Source of the DNA: Candidatus Heimdallarchaeota archaeon
GTDB taxonomy: Archaea > Asgardarchaeota > Heimdallarchaeia > JABLTI01
Assembly: GCA_019058275.1 (NCBI GenBank)
Contig: JAHLVW010000036.1
Coordinates: forward strand, 89,322 to 153,321
Direction: 5' to 3'
DNA length: 64,000 bases
Shown: positions 28,476 to 38,703 of the stretch, in pieces
How positions within the stretch are numbered: the stretch's first letter is position 1
How the letters are laid out: each line of letters opens with the position of its first letter
Translations under genes and position numbers: made by a program
The notes under the pieces: generated by a model
The model's database searches: none
What the model saw: the letters and a program-made list of their open reading frames with translations, nothing else
What the model was told of the DNA's origin: nothing

Positions 28476-29758
28476 GCTGCTTCCTCCTTAAGAATTTCAA
28501 AGCCTTTTTTCAGAGCATCTTTGATGACATCTGCCATAATCCTTTCATTTCCAACCTCTATTTGCATTAAAAACAATGCATCAGGTGTTTCAATGATCGC
28601 TTTCTCAAGATATTTCTTTGCAGAGGGTAAATCAGTTCCCACCATTCTACCAATAACTGGAATCATTCTTTGCTCGTTTTTATAACGATCTCTGAACGCC
28701 TTTACAACACCTCGTATGAATATATCACAGCTCGAGATACCTCCAAATCTTGAAGTGACAATGAGGTCAACAAGTGGATAATCCATTAAAAGATGAAACA
28801 TTTCTGCTACTCTAGCAACTGGAGGTCCTCCTCCGCTATCCATAAAGTTTATTGGAATAACCTTTCCATCAAAGAATTTCTTTCCAATATTTGCTACTTC
28901 ATCTATTGATAAAATTCCATAACCTGCTCCACCGGGAACTAATCCAACATACAGAATACCCTTTTCTTTTTTATCATTGAAAGGCAATAAATCAACATAA
29001 GGAAATTCATTGTCATATGATCGAATTTCATTTGCTGTTGGTTCCGCAACATCATGTCTCTTGTGTGTCAAATCAACACTTTCAAGGAGTTTACTTTGTC
29101 TGTATAATCCATTATCGTCTAATACAACCTTAGCATCTGCAGCTAAAACATCAGTTGGAGTGATTATTAATGGATTTATCTCGCACAATTTGGCATCTAT
29201 TTTTTGATAAAGGTTGTAAAGATTGCTTATTATTGTTGCCAATATCTTGACCTTTTCTTTTGTAAGTTTAAGAGTCTGATTAAGTTTTTCAGCGAGTTCA
29301 TTAGCAATTTTTCTTGGGAGTTCTTTTTCATTTTTTGTTAATTCTTTTCTGAAAATCAGCTCAGGATTTGTCTTTGCAACCTCTTCAATATCCACACCAC
29401 CAGAAGGACTGACAATTATTACATTGTTGTATGATTTAGGTTCCATTGTAACTCCTAAATAGCAAGCTTTAACCTCTCCTACTGCTTCCTCAAAAAAGAC
29501 AATTTCAACAGGATAATCCTTAATCACAAGGTTGAGTAAATCTTCTGTTACCTTTTTTGCTTCCTTTAGAGAATTTACTTTTTTTACTCCACCAGCTTTC
29601 CCACGACCACCAATTAAAACAGACGCTTTAACCATAGCTGGGAATTTAATTTTAAGTTGTTCGATCTCTGAAACATTGGTCACAACACCATATTGTTTTG
29701 GGATTGGTATGTCATTTTCTGCGAAAATCTTCTTGGCTTCATGTTCATAAAGTCTCAA
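28472..29758 (-). CDS. ATP-grasp acyl-CoA ligase beta subunit (SucC/AclB-like)
   Basis: MRLYEHEAK, GGRGKAGG, GGVDIEE, EINPL, DAKV.LDDN, GGAG, DSGGG, FGGISSCD. ATGA overlap with the alpha gene. Confidence 0.88.
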   Translation of the reverse strand: MRLYEHEAKKIFAENDIPIPKQYGVVTNVSEIEQLKIKFPAMVKASVLIGGRGKAGGVKKVNSLKEAKKVTEDLLNLVIKDYPVEIVFFEEAVGEVKACYLGVTMEPKSYNNVIIVSPSGGVDIEEVAKTNPELIFRKELTKNEKELPRKIANELAEKLNQTLKLTKEKVKILATIISNLYNLYQKIDAKLCEINPLIITPTDVLAADAKVVLDDNGLYRQSKLLESVDLTHKRHDVAEPTANEIRSYDNEFPYVDLLPFNDKKEKGILYVGLVPGGAGYGILSIDEVANIGKKFFDGKVIPINFMDSGGGPPVARVAEMFHLLMDYPLVDLIVTSRFGGISSCDIFIRGVVKAFRDRYKNEQRMIPVIGRMVGTDLPSAKKYLEKAIIETPDALFLMQIEVGNERIMADVIKDALKKGFEILKEEAA

Positions 29759-29848
29759 CTTTTGGTCCTCCCAAGATGATCATTTTACGAATTTAATATA
29801 CAATAATACTTCATAAATTATATGTAGTGCTTTATTTATAGTTATCAT

Positions 29849-30413
29849 ATGAAATTGGTTGTTATTTTTGGTCCACCTGCTGTAGGAAAAATGGCTGTTG
29901 GTAGAGAGTTAGCAAAATTGACAGGATTCAAATTATTCCATAATCATATGACAATAGAATTAGTGATAGAATTTTTTGATTATGGTACACCAAAGTTCAA
30001 TATTCTTAATCAAGAGTTTCGACGTAGAATCTTTGAAGAAGTAGCATCAAGCGATTTGCCTGGTTATGATTTTTACCTATGTTTGGGCACTTGATGAAGA
30101 ATCTGACACAAAGTATGTTGACGGATTTACTCAATTATTCAAAGAAAAAGGCGGAGAGGTTTTTTTTGTTGAATTAGAGGCTACTTTAGAGGAACGGTTA
30201 AAGAGAAATGTTTCTGAATTACGTTTACAAAAAAACCCTATAAAAGAGATACAGAACTAAGTCAAAAACGAATGTTAAGAACTGAAAAAAAAATACAAAA
30301 TGAATACAGATAATGATTTCTTTTATCAAGAGAATTATGTCAAGATAAATAATACAAAACTTAGTGCTGAAGAAACTGCCCAACAAATCAAAAAGGAATT
30401 TAGTTTTTTGTGA
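29849..30413 (+). pseudogene. P-loop kinase (AAA/shikimate-kinase-like) broken by about three frameshifts
   Basis: GPPAVGKM Walker A, FHNH, IFTYVWA, ERLKRN, then KRD... and INNTKLSAEETA in successive frames; one shift lies in an A9 run. Confidence 0.75.
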
Positions 30414-30496
30414 TTTTACATCAATCTAGAATTTATCTGAGATAAAAAGTATCTTAAGAACAAGAAGTAATAATATAATCATTTAATTTCGTTATG

Positions 30497-30805
30497 TTAT
30501 GCTGATTTGTTACTTCTTTTAGTTGACAATTCTAAATCTAGTTGTAAGGCTATATTATTTTTTTCTGAATAGAGCTTTGCTTCTCGCTTAGTTTTGAAAG
30601 TCTTGATAACATAGCATTCGTAAAAATTTGTTTTATCATTTATTGTGAATTCCATAACACAACTTGCTTGTTCTCGAGGTTCTGTGTAGACTTTTAGAAG
30701 ACAAATTTGCTTTTCTTTAGCAAATTCCTTACATTTCTAGCAATGTTTTGGTCCTCTTGCACAATGGCTGGGTATAATTTCTCTTATAAAAAGAAGTTCT
30801 TTAAT
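30497..30805 (-). pseudogene. Cys-containing hypothetical protein interrupted by an in-frame TAG; absent from the ORF track
   Basis: Manual translation: IKELLFIREIIPSHCARGPKHC*KCKEFAKEKQICLLKVY...NKSA* (103 codons), TAG at 30737-30739. GAGGT upstream of an ATT. Confidence 0.5.
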
Positions 30806-30994
30806 TGCTTTCTACCTCATATTTCATCTAATAGCATATTATAATCATTTTGTCACTTAAAAAATTATATAACAAATATCTGTAAATACTTTCGATGAAG
30901 TCTTACAATAACAAATATCTTACTTTATGAATCATAGTTTTTAATTGATTGTAATACATAAACAACTTGTAAATATACAAAGGAGAATTATGTT

Positions 30995-31381
30995 TTGAAA
31001 AATCCAATGAAAATTAGAAGAGTCTATTTTCAAGTAAAAGTAGATGATTTAATTAGAGCTAAAGATTTTTACAATGATGTTTTTAGTTTCGATGTTGCCT
31101 ATTTCGAGGGAGCTGCAATTGGTTGGTGCGAAATGCAATTGCCTGGTGACTCAAGATTAGGATTAAATCTAAGACGACCAGATGAAGAAAAGAAACCTCC
31201 AAGTTGGGGCGTTCTTACTCTTGAAGTTGAAAACCTTGAAGAAACAAGAGAGTATTTAGTGAAGAAAGAATTAGAAGCAAGTGAGATTTTTGATAATCCT
31301 AATTACGTCTCATTCTTTAACGTAAAAGATTCAGAAGGTAATACAATACAAATAGTTGGTGATCCTCGAATAAAGGATTAG
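30995..31381 (+). CDS. VOC family protein
   Basis: VDDLIRAKDFY..VF and KDSEGNTIQI. Confidence 0.85.
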   Translation: MKNPMKIRRVYFQVKVDDLIRAKDFYNDVFSFDVAYFEGAAIGWCEMQLPGDSRLGLNLRRPDEEKKPPSWGVLTLEVENLEETREYLVKKELEASEIFDNPNYVSFFNVKDSEGNTIQIVGDPRIKD

Positions 31382-31387
31382 AGATTA

Positions 31388-32206
31388 TTACATATAATCC
31401 TCTAATCCATAAGCTTCATTTAATAGTTCATATAACCTGGCAACACATCGAACAGCTGGTGCTCCGTCGACTACATCATGATTGAACTCGACTACAACAT
31501 GTAGAATATCTCTTATAACTATCTTATCATCCCTAACAACAGGCTTCTTAACGATACCCGCTATTGCAAAAGTTGTTGAGTGCATAGTTTTAGGAATTGC
31601 CCAACCAGTAATACCTTTGCCCATCATACCCATAGAAGTACAACCTACTGTTCCAAAATGTTTCCTTATCTTAAATGGATTAGTCATAATTGAACCCCAG
31701 ACAACTTTCCTACGTATGAATTGTGGTACTTTCATCAAGAGTTTTTGTGTGTTCTTTACCTTACGTTCCTTCTCTCTTTGATCATCATCATACTTTTGGG
31801 CAGATCGAATTTCATCATTGATTTCTTTAAAGCTCTTCTTATCTGCTTTTCTGATTATATAAACAATAGGAACTTTCCTATCTTTGATTTGCTTTTCAAC
31901 TAAGCACTTAATATCTACATCATGAAAGACAATCATCTTTCTTCGACCTTTTCTAAAAGTCTGAACAACTTTATTCTCTGAAACTGCTTGTCCAATGCAT
32001 TTCATTACCCAAGAAGTAAATGACAATCTCTCTCCAGTTTTCTCTCTATGTTTGGCGATAATTTCTACACCCTTTGTTACATCGTATTCTATTAAGCCAA
32101 TAATATGATTATAATATTTACTCATGTTTACTGCATCTGTAATCATTTCACGTGCTTTTGTAAACCGCTCAACGTGATAATCTTCTGTTCTGGTCATTCT
32201 TATCAC
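31388..32206 (-). CDS. Stand-alone 2-oxoacid dehydrogenase E2 acyltransferase catalytic domain
   Basis: FNHDVVDGAPA (HxxxDG); no lipoyl or E3-binding domain. Confidence 0.85.
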   Translation of the reverse strand: MIRMTRTEDYHVERFTKAREMITDAVNMSKYYNHIIGLIEYDVTKGVEIIAKHREKTGERLSFTSWVMKCIGQAVSENKVVQTFRKGRRKMIVFHDVDIKCLVEKQIKDRKVPIVYIIRKADKKSFKEINDEIRSAQKYDDDQREKERKVKNTQKLLMKVPQFIRRKVVWGSIMTNPFKIRKHFGTVGCTSMGMMGKGITGWAIPKTMHSTTFAIAGIVKKPVVRDDKIVIRDILHVVVEFNHDVVDGAPAVRCVARLYELLNEAYGLEDYM

Positions 32207-32411
32207 ATCAATCTTTTAGGAAATACACATTAAAAAATTTTATCAGTTGTTATTGTAAAATTTGTCTATGTTTATATCAAAATTATTTATCTCAGTAATA
32301 AATTTTCATTACTTTATTTTTTAATAGGAAAGACTAAAACACAACGTTACTACTAGAATTACTGATGATAAATTCACCTCTAGATAATCTATGTAAGGAA
32401 ATAAATTTGGA

Positions 32412-32987
32412 TTGAGTAAAATGAACATATTCTCTAAGGTAGCACATAAATATGATAAAATCGTCGGAACATTTGATCTTAACAGCATAATAGATTACAT
32501 GCCACTTGATGACAAAACATTATTGGTTGATCTAGGAGGAGGGACTGGTAGAGTAGCAAAAGATCTTCAAAACTATGTTAATGATTGTCTTGTTTTTGAT
32601 TTGTCCTATGAAATGCTACAACAAGCTAAATCTAAAACAAATGCGTTTATTTTACTTCAAGGAAGTAGTGATGAATTACCAATAAAATCAAATTCTATTA
32701 ATCAAATTTTCTTGAATGATTCATTGCATCATATTAGAAAATATAGAGAAACTTTAGATGAATGCTATAGGTCTTTGAAACCAAATGGTAAATTAATCAT
32801 TCGCGAATTTGACAAAAAATACATAGGAAATATTTTCTTAAGATTTTTTGAGTTCATCTTTGGCTTTAAGAGTAAATTCTTTTCTGTTAAAGAGATTTCA
32901 ACTTTGTGCCAGGAAATTGGTTTTTCAGTTACTGTTAATAAACCAAATAAAAGCACCTTTATCTTAGTTGCTGAAAAGAAAGCATAG
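32412..32987 (+). CDS. Class I SAM-dependent methyltransferase (UbiE-like)
   Basis: VDLGGGTG, DLSYEML, LHH, LKPNG. Confidence 0.85.
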   Translation: MSKMNIFSKVAHKYDKIVGTFDLNSIIDYMPLDDKTLLVDLGGGTGRVAKDLQNYVNDCLVFDLSYEMLQQAKSKTNAFILLQGSSDELPIKSNSINQIFLNDSLHHIRKYRETLDECYRSLKPNGKLIIREFDKKYIGNIFLRFFEFIFGFKSKFFSVKEISTLCQEIGFSVTVNKPNKSTFILVAEKKA

Positions 32988-33006
32988 AATTTCTCATCTA
33001 TAAATT

Positions 33007-33972
33007 TCAGTGTGTATTAATGATTTCATAAAATAAATCATCCTCAATATTGCCACCTGAAATTATACAAACAATTTTCTTTCCAACAAATTTTTCTGTT
33101 GTTTCAATTAAAGGAGCAATTGCTGCAGCTGCTGAACCTTCTGTTATGAGCTTCTCTTTTCTCCAGAGTAATGCTAATGCATCTTTTATCGTTTCTTCTT
33201 CAACTACCACAACTTCATCTACAAATTCCTTAATAATATCAAAAGTCATTGAATCCTTCTCAATTCCCCCGTACATGCCATCAGCAATTGATTCTTTCAT
33301 ATCAACGTTAACGATTTTGCCTGCTTTGAGTGATTCATACATAGCAGGACAAGCAGCAGTTTGTATGCCTGTTATCCGTTTTTTCTTATCACTATTTTTT
33401 ATAGCAATTGCTATTCCTGATATTAATCCTCCCCCACCAACAGGAACAAGTACTTCATCAACTTCAGGTAATTCATCAAGTATTTCTAATCCGATTGTAC
33501 CTTGACCAGCAATAATCCATTTGTCATTATAAGCTGAAACGTAGGTTCTTCCTTCTGAATAGGCTAAAAGTAAAGCTTCTTTTTCAGCTTCATCATAATT
33601 TTCTCCATGAAGAACAAGTTCAACTTCAAATTTCTTAATTTTATCAAGTTTAATTTTTGGAGTAGTTTTTGGTACAATTATTTTTGCAGATATATTTAGC
33701 ACTTTAGCACTAATTGCAATTGCTTGTGCATGGTTCCCAGAAGATGCAGTTATGATCCCTTTTATAGACTCCTCTTTCGTTAAATTCAGTAATTTGGAAA
33801 AAGCTCCTCTAATTTTGAATGAATTAGTTAATTGCTTATTTTCTAATTTGAGGTAAATCTCATTGTTAAATAATGTACTTAAGAACTCTGATTTAATTAG
33901 TGGAGTTTTCTTGATATAAGGATCTATTAATTCTTTGGCTCGAATAATTTCTTTGATATCTATCATCATCAA
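33007..33972 (-). CDS. PLP-dependent threonine/serine ammonia-lyase (short form without an ACT domain)
   Basis: SFKIRGA (PLP Lys), SSGNHAQ, PVGGGGL, SGGN. Confidence 0.9.
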   Translation of the reverse strand: MMMIDIKEIIRAKELIDPYIKKTPLIKSEFLSTLFNNEIYLKLENKQLTNSFKIRGAFSKLLNLTKEESIKGIITASSGNHAQAIAISAKVLNISAKIIVPKTTPKIKLDKIKKFEVELVLHGENYDEAEKEALLLAYSEGRTYVSAYNDKWIIAGQGTIGLEILDELPEVDEVLVPVGGGGLISGIAIAIKNSDKKKRITGIQTAACPAMYESLKAGKIVNVDMKESIADGMYGGIEKDSMTFDIIKEFVDEVVVVEEETIKDALALLWRKEKLITEGSAAAAIAPLIETTEKFVGKKIVCIISGGNIEDDLFYEIINTH

Positions 33973-34048
33973 ATAATATTAGTGCTCGTAGATTTAAGCT
34001 TTACACAAAAAACGATGAAAGTTTAAAAATTTAGATGCGATTATAATA

Positions 34049-34669
34049 TTGATTGTAATGTTAATAAACGAAATGATTAGCTGCAAAGATTTTTCTTGTT
34101 ATGATCTAAATAAAAGTGGCTATCTTGTTCCTGATGTATCCATTAATCCTGAGAAAATTAAGATATTAATGATTGCTGAAGCTATGCCTGAAAATCCTAA
34201 TGATTATTTTTATTCCAAGAAAGATCCTGTTTTTATGGAAACAACTTTACAAGCATTTAGAGATGCAAATCTAGAAGTTAATACAATTGATGATATTGTG
34301 GACCTAGGATTTTACCTAACAATTGCTGTGAAATGCGCAAAGATAGGGTATTCTGTACCAACTAATGCAATCAAGAATTGTTCTTTTATTCTCGAGAAAG
34401 AAATTAATCTTTTTCTGAATTATAAGGTAATAATGCTTATGGGTGATGTAGCAATAAAAGCAATGAACTATATAGCTAGAAGAAATTCTGGAAAACGAGC
34501 AATTCCCAGTGGTTCGACATATAAGATTAGAAAGGATGAGTTTTATTATAAAAATATTCGATTGTTCCCTTCCTATCTTATAACAGGCAAAAATTATCTT
34601 ATAGAAAAATCAAAAAGAAGAATGATAGCTGAAGATATTACAAATGCTATGGATTATATTAAGAAATAA
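34049..34669 (+). CDS. Uracil-DNA glycosylase superfamily protein
   Basis: MIAEAMP, AVKCAK, LMGDVA and an N-terminal CxxxxC. Confidence 0.7.
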   Translation: MIVMLINEMISCKDFSCYDLNKSGYLVPDVSINPEKIKILMIAEAMPENPNDYFYSKKDPVFMETTLQAFRDANLEVNTIDDIVDLGFYLTIAVKCAKIGYSVPTNAIKNCSFILEKEINLFLNYKVIMLMGDVAIKAMNYIARRNSGKRAIPSGSTYKIRKDEFYYKNIRLFPSYLITGKNYLIEKSKRRMIAEDITNAMDYIKK

Positions 34670-34759
34670 TATCTTAATCATCCATCACTTTAATATATTA
34701 GAAACAGTGAATAACATTAAAAAAGGGTAGTTAACAAATTTCAAACGAGGAAAAATATT

Positions 34760-34906
34760 ATGACAAAATATGTTTGTCACCGTTGTGGTAAAATAATTAC
34801 TCCAGAAGCATTAAACTTAATGCCTGGATCAAAATGCCCTGATTGTGGTCACAGAATACTATTAAAAACTAGACCACCAATTATCAAGAAATTAAAAGCA
34901 AGATAA
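34760..34906 (+). CDS. rpoP: DNA-directed RNA polymerase subunit P (Rpo12/RPB12 homolog); absent from the ORF track
   Basis: MTKYVCHRCGK...KCPDCGHRILLKTRPPIIKKLKAR*, the Rpo12 signature; GAGG RBS. Confidence 0.92.
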   Translation: MTKYVCHRCGKIITPEALNLMPGSKCPDCGHRILLKTRPPIIKKLKAR

Positions 34907-34945
34907 TCATCCTTTTTTTAAATAAAGAAATTAGAATAAATGAGA

Positions 34946-36505
34946 TTAGCTCTCATTTTTTTCTTTTAAAATCTTATCCATTTCTGTAAAGGAATATTCG
35001 CCTGATAGTAACAAAACTAAAGCTTCTGTTAATTCATCTAAGTGAATTCTTACTTGTTCCATTGAATCTCTGTCTCTTATAGTAACTGTTTCATCTTGCA
35101 AAGTGTCATAATCAATAGTCACACAATAGGGTGTTCCTATTTCATCAGAACGAGCATAACGCTTTCCTATTTTTCCACTACTATCAAAGATTGCTTCTAA
35201 TCCTTCAGCTTTCAAATCATCAAATATCTCAAGAGCTTTCTCTTCTAAGCCATCCTTTTTCATTAATGGACAAACCTGAACATCATAAGGTGAAATTGTG
35301 GATGGAAATTGAAACCATGTCCAATCTCTATCATCTGTTTCTTTATAGCAACTCTCGAGTATACAATACATTGTTCTACCAACACCAATAGATGGTTCTA
35401 CAACATAAGGTATGACATTTCCAGCAATGTGTTGAATTCCCATTTTTGTTTTGCTTGCTTTCTCATGACTTGTTAAATCATGTTGTTGTCTGAAAGCATT
35501 ACCAACAACTTCTGTCCAACCAATTGAAAGTTTTACCTCAAGATCAAAATTTCCTCCACTATAATGAGGAGTTTCTTTTGGAAGCATGTGTCTGAATCGT
35601 ATTAGCTCTGGTTTTATTCCAGCTTCCTCAAAGAATATTTTTTCTTTTACAAGATAATATGCTATGGCAGCGTTTGGTAATATGCCTTTTTTAACTGCAT
35701 CATCAGCAGTCACTAGCAGTGGTTCTTCTTCAGTTTTGTCTTGTTGTTCTCGAGTTAAAATTGGTAGAACTTCATCAGCTAGCTCTTCAAATCTTGGAGG
35801 ATCATTTAGTTGCTCTTCTGCAAAGAAAACTTCTAGCTCCATCTGTGTGAATTCCCTAACTCGAATAATGAATTGTCTTGGAGAAATCTCGTTTCTAAAC
35901 ACTTTACCAACTTGTGCAATACCAAAAGGTAATTTAGCTCTCATTGCATGAGAGACTCGTTTGAAACTTGTGAAGATATTCTGAGCTGTTTCGGGACGTA
36001 AGTACGATACATTACCCTTTAATGAACCAACTTCTGTTTTAAGCATTAAATTAAACTCTCTTGCATCCATGAACTCTCCTTGACATTGAGGACATGTGAG
36101 TTTATTTTTTACAATAATCTTATCAAGTTCATCAAGTGCTAAGCCATCTGTATTTTGATTCAGATTATCTTCAATAACCTTGTCTGCTCGAAACATTGAC
36201 TTACATTTTTTGCACTGAACTAGTGGATCATTGAATTTATCAACATGTCCTGAAGCCTTGAAGACCTTTTCAGGAAGAATGATTGCACCTGAAATTTCAA
36301 AATGATTCTCTTCTTTTACAAAGTATTCTCGCCAGAAATTAATCAATTTATGTCTCATCAATGTTCCTAGTGGTCCATAGTCAAATGTACCCGATAACCC
36401 ACCATAAATTTCACCTGTAGGGTAAGCAAACCCTCTTCTAAGTGAAACTTCTTGGATCTTATCTAAGAGTGTTTGTTCTTTCTTTGAAATACTCACTTCC
36501 TCCAA
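34946..36505 (-). CDS. glyS: Glycine--tRNA ligase (alpha2, archaeal/eukaryotic type)
   Basis: DYGPLG, LRPETAQ, FRNEISPR, REFTQME, VVEPSIG and the anticodon domain IGKRYARSDEIG. Confidence 0.96.
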   Translation of the reverse strand: MEEVSISKKEQTLLDKIQEVSLRRGFAYPTGEIYGGLSGTFDYGPLGTLMRHKLINFWREYFVKEENHFEISGAIILPEKVFKASGHVDKFNDPLVQCKKCKSMFRADKVIEDNLNQNTDGLALDELDKIIVKNKLTCPQCQGEFMDAREFNLMLKTEVGSLKGNVSYLRPETAQNIFTSFKRVSHAMRAKLPFGIAQVGKVFRNEISPRQFIIRVREFTQMELEVFFAEEQLNDPPRFEELADEVLPILTREQQDKTEEEPLLVTADDAVKKGILPNAAIAYYLVKEKIFFEEAGIKPELIRFRHMLPKETPHYSGGNFDLEVKLSIGWTEVVGNAFRQQHDLTSHEKASKTKMGIQHIAGNVIPYVVEPSIGVGRTMYCILESCYKETDDRDWTWFQFPSTISPYDVQVCPLMKKDGLEEKALEIFDDLKAEGLEAIFDSSGKIGKRYARSDEIGTPYCVTIDYDTLQDETVTIRDRDSMEQVRIHLDELTEALVLLLSGEYSFTEMDKILKEKNES

Positions 36506-36685
36506 ATTGGTTAATTATTTACAGATTTTTTAATATGTATATGGATTTTTTGCTTTTGTTTTAGATTAAAAGCATTTTCTTTTCAACGGTCTTTTTTTCA
36601 AAAGAGATATCTGTTTTTCAACAAAGTAGTAAATTTTATGTAATCAAGGTATCAGAATTAACTAAAAATAACTCGAGGAATTATC

Positions 36686-37384
36686 TTGCCTAAAGAAAAG
36701 AAAAAAACGATTACTAAAGAAACGACTAAAGAAAAGAAAGAAACAACTGCTAAAGAAACTAAAGAAGAAAAGGGTGAAGCAAGTAAAGAAAAACCATCAA
36801 AATTCAAATTTGAATGTACAAGATGTGGCACTTGTTGTCAAAACCAGGACTCCATACCAGTAACTTTTACTGATTTAGCAAGATGGACAAAACAAGGAAG
36901 TTTTATGTCTATTATATTACCACACCTTGAGCTTGGGAGTATAAGTGAGGACGATGAGTTAGGCAAGCTTGCGTTAGTTCCATATATAGCTGTGAAAGAT
37001 AAAGATGATAATGGCAAAGGAACATGTCCCTTCTATGATGAAGAAAATAAGATGTGCAATATCTACTTTACTCTACCAGTTTTTTGTAAAACCTTTCCAC
37101 TATCGTATAATGGTGAAAAATACTATATTTCTGATCCCTCTTGCCCGGGAATAGGTCAAGGTTCAATGACTAAAGAAAAACTTCTTGAAATACGTAATGT
37201 TGCTATGAGAGACTTTAATGAAAGAGCAGATACAACTATTGCTATGGTTCCACTACAAGGATTATTTATTAGACATTTCATGAAACAATCTCAAGAAACA
37301 GTTGATCGTTTATCTGATGAAGAAAAAACAAAACTTGATGAATTAATCAAAAAGTCACAAGAACAAGCATCTGATGGATCTTAA
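36686..37384 (+). CDS. YkgJ-family cysteine-cluster (CxxCxxCC) protein with a K/E/T-rich repetitive N-terminus
   Basis: CTRCGTCC, CPFY, CNIY, CKTFP, CPG; CTAAAGAA repeated about five times at 36690-36770. Confidence 0.85.
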   Translation: MPKEKKKTITKETTKEKKETTAKETKEEKGEASKEKPSKFKFECTRCGTCCQNQDSIPVTFTDLARWTKQGSFMSIILPHLELGSISEDDELGKLALVPYIAVKDKDDNGKGTCPFYDEENKMCNIYFTLPVFCKTFPLSYNGEKYYISDPSCPGIGQGSMTKEKLLEIRNVAMRDFNERADTTIAMVPLQGLFIRHFMKQSQETVDRLSDEEKTKLDELIKKSQEQASDGS

Positions 37385-37442
37385 ATTTAAAGAAACAATT
37401 TTCCCATTTCTAAATTTCTAGCTGGAACATATTTCCAGCATT

Positions 37443-38417
37443 TTATTCCAACATTTCTACCGAATCTATAGTTCCGTCTCCGTCTAAGTCATACCCTTTG
37501 ACAACTGTTCTAAAGGAACCTTTCTTGTAATTCTTCAGTATAGTTTCCCAATTATTCGTTAGAGCTATGATTGCAGCTTTGGTTCCTCTTCTTCCTTGTC
37601 CTGCAAAAGCAATGACAGTTTTCTCGGGGTTGAATGGGTTTGGAACTTTGAAGATTATACCAGCATTATTTTGTGAGTAAAATGTTTTGGGATCCTTAGA
37701 GGTAATACCTCTACCGAATCTCGCATCAGGTGCAATACCTTGCATATGATTATCAAAAGCTGGATTCTTTAATCGTGTATTAATATCATGAGTTACTAAA
37801 TTAACTGCTGGGCCACCAACTAAGATAAGATTTTGATCTAATGCTTTTTCTGCTCTAACTTCAACATCTAATTTAACAAAAAGTTCATCTGATGGATGTA
37901 AAAATTGTCCCATGAACATTGCCAGATATATTGCATAATGACCATCTCTTGCCCATGTTTTGTGTGGACCATGAGCATCAGGAGCACCTACAACAATTAA
38001 ACCATTAAATTTCGAATTACGATAAAATTCTTGGAAAAATTTCAATAATTTATCATTCACTGGTGTATTTGCATTAAAATGCATGCCGACATCTTTTGAG
38101 TCAATTTCTATTCCAAATGCTTTTTCTGTTGTTTTATAATAACGTGCTTTTGCTCCTCTTATCTCCTTTTCAAAAACTACTTCTACTAATCCAACATTGA
38201 TTAATTGTCTAATATGATAGTAGACTTTCTGTTCATGTAGTCTCATCTCTCTTGCAAGGTCTGCTGGATATCTAGCTTCTTTCGATAGTTTCTTCAATAT
38301 TGTCCAGCGGATGTCATTGAGTATTGTTTTCATTTTATTTGGATCATCAAACATTTTAATCTCTTTTGCAGCTATTCCCTTATCTGTTTCTGAGATTAAT
38401 CTTTTCTTCATTTTCAT
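37443..38417 (-). CDS. ArsR-like HTH regulator fused to an S-layer-C-like alpha/beta domain
   Basis: RWTILKKL...YPADLA...EQKVYYHIRQL; NLILVGGPAVN; GTKAA; DLDGDG C-terminus. Confidence 0.75.
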   Translation of the reverse strand: MKMKKRLISETDKGIAAKEIKMFDDPNKMKTILNDIRWTILKKLSKEARYPADLAREMRLHEQKVYYHIRQLINVGLVEVVFEKEIRGAKARYYKTTEKAFGIEIDSKDVGMHFNANTPVNDKLLKFFQEFYRNSKFNGLIVVGAPDAHGPHKTWARDGHYAIYLAMFMGQFLHPSDELFVKLDVEVRAEKALDQNLILVGGPAVNLVTHDINTRLKNPAFDNHMQGIAPDARFGRGITSKDPKTFYSQNNAGIIFKVPNPFNPEKTVIAFAGQGRRGTKAAIIALTNNWETILKNYKKGSFRTVVKGYDLDGDGTIDSVEMLE

Positions 38418-38509
38418 TCATCACAGTTATGCTGGCTCAATAATAATTCGCAATTGTTGTCCAATTTTGAAATCAATTCAAATAAATCTTTAATGCATAG
38501 AATCACCTA

Positions 38510-38548
38510 ACTACTATAAATTTTTTTATAATAGTTTACAATTGTAAA
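38510..38548. promoter_or_regulatory. Adjacent palindromes in the divergent promoter region between the regulator and glmS
   Basis: ACTACTATAAA-N4-TTTATAATAGT (10/11) and the perfect 14-bp TTTACAATTGTAAA (38535-38548). Confidence 0.4.
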
Positions 38549-38703
38549 ATATCTAATCACCAAAATTCAAACACCTACCACTAACATTTTTTTATTAATG
38601 GTTCAAGCACAATATTAGAATTACTTTTAATAAATGGATGCGACTTTATATTTCAGTGAAATGGATTTAAACATTCTCGAACAAAAAATCAGAGAAGATA
38701 GCT

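Noticed and set aside
36690-36790. Functional DNA repeat array (CTAAAGAA units)
   Set aside because: It is fully explained by a low-complexity K/E/T N-terminal tail in the coding frame.
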